A DNA stretch of 15,579 bases from Ascoidea asiatica JCM 7603 (taxonomy: Eukaryota; Fungi; Ascomycota), in the NCBI GenBank assembly GCA_001600695.1, contig BCKQ01000011.1, positions 491,731 to 507,309 of the forward strand, read 5' to 3'. Within the stretch, counting starts at the first letter, position 1, and each line of letters starts with the position of its first letter. The position numbers were made by a program, and so were the translations under genes. The notes beneath the pieces were generated by a model that had not been told where the DNA came from, did no database searches, and worked only from the letters and a program-made list of their open reading frames with translations. This document shows, one piece after another, positions 8,657-15,579 of this stretch.

Positions 8657-11593
8657 TTAAAATTTATTATAGATCCATTCTCCATTAACTCTAGTATATT
8701 GACATGATAGAAAATAATCTTTATTCACTTTTAATGAAATATTATCGGGAAATCCTCCCCTTCTCATGATTTCAAATTTAACATAAACATTATTTTCAAT
8801 ATTTTTAATAACATCATAAAATTCATTCAATGTTGGAGTTTTAATCTCATTAACTTTGGTAATAAATACTGATTCATATAATTTATATAGATCAGCTGGT
8901 GATCCAGATTGATATTGAGAAATGTAAACTTCACTTGGTAACTCAAGTAAATTATTTCTAAGTTCAAAATATGGTTCTTGAAATGTTGCTCCACACCAAT
9001 TTATCACTCTTTCAGTTATTTTCATCTCATTTGTTTCAATTAAAATATCCAAAATTTTTGAATCTCTAACTATTTTCAATAAACATTCCTTTTCATAAAA
9101 TAATGAATCTGTTAATTGACTAATGTGTCTAACTAATTTTCCATTAGAACATAATATAATATCTCCTACTTCAAGATTAGATTTCTTTACAAGTTTATCT
9201 TTTAATTTTGGACAGAAAACATTAGCAACATTGAAAAATTTAAGTTTAATTTCATCGTCTTCATCATCATCATCATCATCATCATCGTTATCATCATCTT
9301 CATACTTATTGTCTTTACTAATGATAACTTCTTTACTTGTATCATCCAGTCCATCTTCTAATTTTTTAATCCATTCTTCTGTAACTCCTAATATTCTAGC
9401 ATTATAAATTGAAATTTGAGAAAATTTTGCTTCAAGAATTCTTAATTTTAAATTTTTATCATTTTTGATAATTCTATTAACAACTTCTTGAATATGTTTA
9501 ATTTCAATTTTACTATACGATTCCCATTTATCAATACTATTATGAAGCAATGAATCTAAACAAACAGCTCTTATATTACCTTTTAAATCACATAGTACTC
9601 CACCGGTTGAATCTCCTGTTAATGTTCCAGATAATTTAATGGATTCAAAATTACCATCGTTATATGATAAAGGTCCATAATTATCATCACTTTCAAAAGA
9701 AATGTCAATAACTTTGCAATCAGATGTTATAAATGAATTTGAAGAATATTCATGCCCAATAAAAATAAGTTCATCCCCCTTTTTTAAAGGGCTTTCATCG
9801 AATTCTGGTGTTTTAATATCTGCTAAAATTAAATTTGAATCATATTTAATAATTGCATAATTAAAAATTGGATGAAAAAAAATAATTTTACATGGAATTT
9901 TAATTGAATTTGCAAATGTTAAATAAAATGTACCTAAGTCACTAAATACTTTCAATCTTGAAGCTATTCCAATTCCATTTATTGAATCAACAATTAAAAC
10001 GGAAGCATAAGTTAATTGCACCAAATTTGAATCAATTGCTGTTCCATAATAGCAGGTTATTTTTGCAAAACTTTTTGATAAATTTTTAATTTTTTTATTT
10101 TCATGAGAAATTTTGATAATCTTTGCATCTAACGGCTTAATTAATTTTGGTGGAATATATTCACCAATATCTTCATAATCCCAAATCCCAGTATTATCAT
10201 TTCTTATATAAAGCCTATTTTCTCTATTCCAGAATTTTTCAATAAAAACTTGAGTTACAATTGGCATGTTATTTTGCACTAAAGACCTAACTTTTATTGG
10301 AACATTTGAAGAATCCGGAATACTTTTCATAATTTGAATAAATGAATTAAGATCCTTAACTTTTTTATTATCAATTAAATCTATAATTGAAAAAGATGGA
10401 ATACTCTTATTATAAGCAAACGTAGATGAAACCATTACCCCATTTGGAGGCAGTCTATACATCATTGCAAATTGGTATGATAAATCATGAAATATACAAT
10501 CACAAGATAAAAAAAATTCTTTTGGAGTTATTTCTTCAAGATCTTGAATTTTGCAAAAAATTTCACTTAATTCATTATTTCTTATAACTTTGAACTTAAG
10601 CTCAGTATTAAGTGACTCATCTAAAATTTCATTTAATCTTAAAAAGTCTGTTACGATCTCATTATCAATTGAAAATAAAATGTCACCTTCAATAATTTTA
10701 TTTGAAGCAGGACCTTCTGGTATAACCATATTTGCAACTAATAAATTTGTAATATCATTATTTTTAATTCTAATTAACTTTTCAATATTTGTTGACAACC
10801 CTAATCTTCTACAATCATCAATTGGTTTAAGTTTCCAAACAGTCTGTATTGTACCCCTTGATATCTTTTTTTGATTTTGAATTAAATTTAACGCTCTTAA
10901 AGCACCATTTAAAGGTACTAAAAAATCAGTTGAACCAAAGTTTGACCCACCTGCTTCCATTGCAATTACATTTCCATTAATATCAATTACCGGAGAACCA
11001 CTTGACCCACCACTTGCATTCACAGCAGATTGAATATAATTAATATTAAAGTCATTATAGCTATTTTGACCATAATTAGGGGCATTTCTTTCTAAAAGAG
11101 ATATATGGCCAGACAATATACTTAACTTTTCACCATTATCATTACCAAGTAATTTAATTTCAGTACCGACTTTAACTAAATTTGGTTTAATATTCAATGA
11201 AACTATTGGATTTAAAAACTTAATTAAAATTGGATTAAATTTCAAAAAACCAAAATCATGAATTGGATCCCTATAAATTGGGATTACAGGAATTTCTTCA
11301 TAATTATTCAAAATTACGTAACCGATAAATGGGCCAGAACCAATAACATGTCTATTAGTTAAAATTAAACCAATTTTTGAATCCACAATAAAACCAGTTG
11401 CTTCAGAAGATATAGCATTTTCAGTATCAAAAGGAAGTGGATGAGTAAAATGAATTGAAACTATACTTTTAACTACATTTGCCATCGTCTTTCTCCATAA
11501 AGATTCATGAGACCAAATATAATCTTCATTTTTATCTAAATGTAAGCTACCCATATCTTCTTGAATAAAATTGACACTACCATTATCATCCAT
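8657..11593 (-). CDS. NMA111: HtrA/Omi-like serine protease Nma111 (Ynm3): protease-PDZ-PDZ followed by degenerate protease-PDZ-PDZ
   Basis: 978 aa. VVKSIVSIHF, SEATGFIVD and LERNAPNYG motifs; intact triad LTNRHV (His), IHDFG (Asp), ASGGSSGSPV (Ser). The second protease-like repeat lacks the His; a poly-Asp insert lies at ~9256-9300. Confidence 0.93.
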   Translation of the reverse strand: MDDNGSVNFIQEDMGSLHLDKNEDYIWSHESLWRKTMANVVKSIVSIHFTHPLPFDTENAISSEATGFIVDSKIGLILTNRHVIGSGPFIGYVILNNYEEIPVIPIYRDPIHDFGFLKFNPILIKFLNPIVSLNIKPNLVKVGTEIKLLGNDNGEKLSILSGHISLLERNAPNYGQNSYNDFNINYIQSAVNASGGSSGSPVIDINGNVIAMEAGGSNFGSTDFLVPLNGALRALNLIQNQKKISRGTIQTVWKLKPIDDCRRLGLSTNIEKLIRIKNNDITNLLVANMVIPEGPASNKIIEGDILFSIDNEIVTDFLRLNEILDESLNTELKFKVIRNNELSEIFCKIQDLEEITPKEFFLSCDCIFHDLSYQFAMMYRLPPNGVMVSSTFAYNKSIPSFSIIDLIDNKKVKDLNSFIQIMKSIPDSSNVPIKVRSLVQNNMPIVTQVFIEKFWNRENRLYIRNDNTGIWDYEDIGEYIPPKLIKPLDAKIIKISHENKKIKNLSKSFAKITCYYGTAIDSNLVQLTYASVLIVDSINGIGIASRLKVFSDLGTFYLTFANSIKIPCKIIFFHPIFNYAIIKYDSNLILADIKTPEFDESPLKKGDELIFIGHEYSSNSFITSDCKVIDISFESDDNYGPLSYNDGNFESIKLSGTLTGDSTGGVLCDLKGNIRAVCLDSLLHNSIDKWESYSKIEIKHIQEVVNRIIKNDKNLKLRILEAKFSQISIYNARILGVTEEWIKKLEDGLDDTSKEVIISKDNKYEDDDNDDDDDDDDEDDEIKLKFFNVANVFCPKLKDKLVKKSNLEVGDIILCSNGKLVRHISQLTDSLFYEKECLLKIVRDSKILDILIETNEMKITERVINWCGATFQEPYFELRNNLLELPSEVYISQYQSGSPADLYKLYESVFITKVNEIKTPTLNEFYDVIKNIENNVYVKFEIMRRGGFPDNISLKVNKDYFLSCQYTRVNGEWIYNKF

Positions 11594-12280
11594 ATTTTAT
11601 ATATTAGACTAGCCAACTGAAATAAAATAACAATATGATAATGAGAAATATATGTTAAAAACAAGAAATAGCTGTAAGCCAATTAAACTACCTGGAAAAA
11701 TAACTTAGATTAATTTTATATAAATTATTTGATAAATTTTTAATTGCAAACAAATACAATCTTTCACGAATAAGTTAGGACATAATTGGAAGGGAATTAT
11801 CTCATTTCATTTTACCAAATTTCATTATTTAGCAGATAGAGATTATATAATTTTACCATCATTTTGAATACTTTTCAACTGAATACGCTAATACTAATAT
11901 TTCCTACTAGAGAGTTTTTGCAAATAGGATGTAATTTTTGAGTTAATCTAGGTAACACCGGTCGATTGTCTAAAAAGCACCGTGGTTTATTTACGTAACC
12001 CCAGTTTCTGTAATCAGGAAAACTAGTCCCGTGATTTCCCGTTAAGAGAAAAGTTTTTTTTTCTACCCTCCCACTGGATTCCTGATAACTATGACTCCAC
12101 TACCCTGATTGTAGTTCGAACAAAATATCTAACTGTTACAAAAAAGATATTCAATTCAAATTATTAATAATTGTTAATTGAAATATCCATAATATAAAAA
12201 TTTAATAACAAACACAAAAGCTAATCGCCCATTTGTATTAGTAAAAACTAGTCGCCGCTAACCTATTTTCAACATAAATT

Positions 12281-12641
12281 TGTAACATTTAAATGTGCCA
12301 GCTTACTTCCCATACTTGAAAAAAAAACATAAGGAAAAGCACTACTTTTGGACACTATACAGCATCCTTACACTACAAAGAAAGACTCAACCACAATTAC
12401 AACGCAACGGCCATATCTCAAAAAGAATAAATAAAACAAAAACAGAACGTTCCGGTAGATCTACAAGGCTAATGGAAGCTAAACATAAACAGAACGTTCC
12501 GGTAGATCTACGAGGCTAATGAAAGCTAAACATAAACAAACAGCAGTAGTTTTAAAAACCACTAATCAGCTTTCCACACCCAAGCCAAAATTATAACAGT
12601 TTAGTACTACGTTATGAAGATCATATATAAGCTGAATGGCA
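12281..12641 (-). mobile_element. Possible 3' LTR of the decayed retrotransposon (boundaries uncertain)
   Basis: Lies downstream of integrase on the - strand. Purine-rich AGAGATGGGGTA precedes TG at 12641-12640, and the segment ends TGTTACA at 12287-12281. No second LTR copy or TSD is visible in the window. Confidence 0.22.
12440..12538. repeat. 47-bp direct tandem duplication (2 mismatches) containing palindromes GAACGTTC and GTAGATCTAC
   Basis: Copy 1 12440-12486 aaacagaacgttccggtagatctacaaggctaatggaagctaaacat; copy 2 12487-12533 aaacagaacgttccggtagatctacgaggctaatgaaagctaaacat; then aaaca. Confidence 0.92.
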
Positions 12642-12859
12642 TACCCCATCTCTGAGAATTGACCCTAGCCAATTATGAGCTTTTTGTTGTGCACCAGGTG
12701 CGCTATTGTGGGGGTGATAACGCGCATTGTACAATGGACCAAAATTCATAAAATCCAGAAAAAACGTTTAACAATTAAATTTCTTTTGGGATCACCTGTC
12801 AGTATAGACGCTGTGTAATTGGCATAATTGTTGCTACTCCTATTACTGCATACAAGCAA

Positions 12860-15290
12860 TAATCAACTGTGTATAGGTTATGTTGTGTGGTAGTTGGTCA
12901 TTTGGCACAGTCACAAAGGTCAACTAAGATTATAAATGCTTTTGTTTAAAATGTTCTTTCTAGTATTTGTACTATTAAGATTAAAAAAGGAAAGGTTGTT
13001 TCTGTTTGAATTTAGATTTGTAATTTTTGAGGGCCTTTGGTGAGTAGGTGTATGATCAGCGAGAGAAGTAGCGGCATAGGCTGGCATATACCAGCTTGAC
13101 CCCGCAACAATAAGGCAAAATTCGGTAAATTGCAAATTTGTGTTTTAGGGTCTGTACGTATATGGAGGTAATTCTTCATTCATGCGGATATCGCGTTTGT
13201 AGAAACGTTCAAATCAAATAAAATTTGATTGAATAACCCATTAATCTTGTAACATTTTCCAGTAGTCGTTGGGGGATATGCAATGGGTTTGAGATATTTG
13301 ATTCATAAAGATCCACATTTTTACATAACACTGTTTCAGGAAAAGGCAGAACAATTCACAAAAATAATACCTTTCATTCGACAATGGTTACTCACGCTAG
13401 TTTGAATTAAGATTGAAGCATGTTATTAACCACTATCTAGTGTTAACAGAGCATATGGATAATCTGCGGAATGATCAATTGCAGAAATGAAAAATTTATT
13501 ATCGAATGAAGGATTTTGAAAAGGACCTATAAAATGCATCCCCATCTTTGAAAGGCTGTTGCAGAATGAACTGGAGTTAATAATTTGGAGATAACCAACG
13601 ACGCTTGCATTCGCTGACAATAAGGACAAAGTCTAATAATTTGTTGAAATAATAGAATACTATTAAGATGAAACTATTTATCATTTACCATGTTTTCCAA
13701 TACAACAGTGGGCATTTGAGAGATGAACTTTTCAGACACGTACTTGAATTTATTTTTATTTCAACCAGTAGCTAAATTATCTTTAATTGAAATATGATCT
13801 TCATTATTATTAAGAATAAAGTTAGCAACGATAAAATTAGAATGCAAATTTTTCAGAGTTTCCTTATTTTGAAATTGTTTTTTAATTCCAATTAGATTAA
13901 CTTCACACAAACCCTAAATGAGTTAAATGGTTTTGATTTGACTCTCAGTTTCACTAACTTCATCTATTTCTATTAATGACTTATTTGAATTTTCATCAAC
14001 CAAAAGTGTCGTTCTTCATAGGAAATCAACAGCAAGTTTTTGTTCTCAGGGCTTTATTGAATATCACGGTAATACTGTTCAATGATTTCAATAAACTTTC
14101 TAACTCCTTTCCCTGGATCTGATTTATTTATAATATATTGAAGCAATTCACGACCGCCGCTAACTGTAATTTTGAATCCCGCAATTTATTTTTCAAAATG
14201 AATCAAGGAATGAACAACAGTTAACAGTTCACTCTCTTGGGCAGAATACTTTTGTTGTGTTTTTGAAAAGTTTCTTGATTCAAAAGCCACCAAATACAAT
14301 TGAAAACGTTTAGTCTTCTCATGTTAATAGGAAAAGAGTCACACACAACCTAAAGTTAAGTAAAAAGCAACAGTTTCTAGAATCGCAACTTTCTCGGGGT
14401 CAAATGCTTTTAACACAGGACCAGTAGTTATTGGGTTTTTATATTGAGGTGAACCATTCAGTTTGAGAAGGATTTAATTCAATTTTTCCAGGTTTAGGAC
14501 AACCAATCAATAAATCAGAAAGGTGGATCATCTGTTGACAAAAATGTAAGATAAATGTTCAATAAAATCAACATACTTTAATAAAACCTCCTATGTCAGT
14601 AATTGATTTTGGTAATGACCAATTTAAGATTTTCTCAATTCTTGTAGGATCAGTTTTGATTTCGTCTGAAGAAACAATATGTCCTAAAAATTTGACTCTC
14701 TTGGAAAAGAATTTGGATTTCTTCACATTGAATTCAAGTTTTTCTTTTTCAAGTTGGGTCAGCACGTCATTAACTTGATCAATATGATCTGCCATATTTT
14801 GGCTGTAAATAATTATATCATGAACATAAACAATAACATAAGGTAAGTGGCCTAAGATTTTCATCATAAATGATTTACAGGAATAGGTACCATTGACTAA
14901 GACAAAAGGCATGACATTAATAATGATCTGAATTTGAATTAAAAGCTGTTTTAGCTTTACTATAATTATCTAAAGCAATTAGGCAAAAGGCATTTCTCAT
15001 ATGTAAGCAAGTCAAGTATTCAGCACCATTCACTTTATTAAGGCAAATATCAGTAGATGGTAAAGTGAAATAATGCCTACCACTAATAGAATTTAATTTC
15101 TTATAATCACCTAAAACTCTATAAATTCTATCATATTCTGGAACAAGAAGTAAAGGAAAGTTCCAACCAGTTTAATTTCAGAAATTAATCCAGCCTCTAA
15201 ATTTGATTTAACAAATTCTTCCATAAACTTTTGTTGAAGACGACCATGGTTGTAACTTGAAATATATATTGTGTTGGAAATAATAGAGAC
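12860..15290 (-). mobile_element. Degenerate Ty3/gypsy LTR-retrotransposon pol remnant (RT - RNase H - integrase) with many stops and frameshifts
   Basis: Manual - strand translation. RT: FMEEFVKSNLEAGLI (~15190-15235), FPLLLVPEYDRIYRVLGDYKKLNS...KTAF (~15160-14940), MPFVLVN...YVHDIIIYS...VKFLGHIVS (14912-14568). RNase H: VAFESRNFSKTQQKYSAQESELLTVVHSL (~14290-14200). Integrase: HFIGPF...KFFISAIDHS (~13540-13470) and PIAYPPTTTGKCYKIN (~13290-13240; consensus TAYHPQTNGxxERxN). RT-RH-IN order is gypsy-type. Confidence 0.9.
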
Positions 15291-15297
15291 CTATATA

Positions 15298-15579
15298 TGT
15301 TAGGGCATATATTGGTACTAACACCATAGGTGGTGAAGGTCTAAAAGACACGTATCTATAGTAAACGTAAAAGAATTATGTATTATACAATAATGTGTGT
15401 ACACTATGTATAATTATGCATAGAGATGCATAATTAGGCATAAATATACATATTGTTGCATAAAGTTGCATTAAGTTGCATGAAGAATACATCAATTTAC
15501 ATGACCTTGCATGAGTCTGTGTACAGGTACACAAGTAGTAGGATATCATGTTATATTCTAGTCACATGTCATAGGTCAT
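15298..15579. mobile_element. Candidate LTR or end of a second element inserted into the pol remnant; runs off the window
   Basis: Recognisable pol similarity stops at ~15290. The sequence then begins TGTTAGGG (LTR-like TGT terminus) and becomes repeat- and palindrome-rich non-coding DNA. Confidence 0.3.
15401..15513. repeat. Degenerate 10-bp-period minisatellite (approx. TAANNNTGCA, ~11 units) with a perfect 11-bp inverted repeat at 15411-15436
   Basis: taattatgca|tagagatgca|taattaggca|taaatataca|tattgttgca|taaagttgca|ttaagttgca|tgaagaataca|tcaatttaca|tgaccttgca|tg. Confidence 0.75.

Noticed and set aside
9123-10874. 94-aa and 107-aa + strand ORFs inside NMA111
   Set aside because: Antisense shadows; the poly-Ser mirrors the poly-Asp codons.
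11617-11691. Possible 5' UTR intron of NMA111 (- strand GTAGTT ... TTTTAAC ... TTTCAG)
   Set aside because: Donor and branchpoint both deviate from the GTATGT/TACTAAC seen in CDC3; unsupported without RNA data.
12114-12122. GTTCGAAC as a Pol III B-box or tRNA remnant
   Set aside because: Fails GTTCRANNC on both strands; no A-box or cloverleaf.
12295-12519. 74-aa ORF across the 47-bp repeat
   Set aside because: GTG start, no recognisable homology, and a repeat period that is not a multiple of 3.
12706-12722. TTGTGGGGG-TGATAAC as a copia-type PPT/LTR start on the + strand
   Set aside because: No convincing copia RNase H upstream and no matching LTR end.
12920-14912. ORFs 12920-13135, 13426-13629, 14568-14912 and 14593-14778 as functional or domesticated genes
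   Set aside because: Fragments, or an antisense shadow, of one decayed pol; the RT catalytic YxDD is mutated to YVHD.

Overview
Very AT-rich eukaryotic DNA from a budding yeast (Saccharomycotina): it has a GTATGT/TACTAAC intron, a septin, a syntaxin and a complex I subunit, so it is probably not Saccharomyces. Bases 1-11.6 kb are gene-dense: MAM33 (-), complex I subunit NESM/NDUFB11 (+), intron-containing septin CDC3 (+), a pyruvate decarboxylase (-), an SSO-type syntaxin (-) and an NMA111 HtrA-type protease (-). From about 12.3 kb the window is transposon-derived: a heavily decayed Ty3/gypsy pol (RT-RNase H-integrase, - strand), a young 47-bp duplication, and a different, 10-bp-periodic sequence that interrupts pol at about 15298. 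Best leads: (1) the Nma111 lacks a basic N-terminal NLS and ends in -NKF, a possible peroxisomal signal; (2) the CDC3 intron has four consecutive in-frame acceptors; (3) a phased 4 x ~28-bp dyad array lies upstream of PDC; (4) a CACCG/TACGTAA motif recurs across intergenic regions. All calls are by eye; no searches were run.
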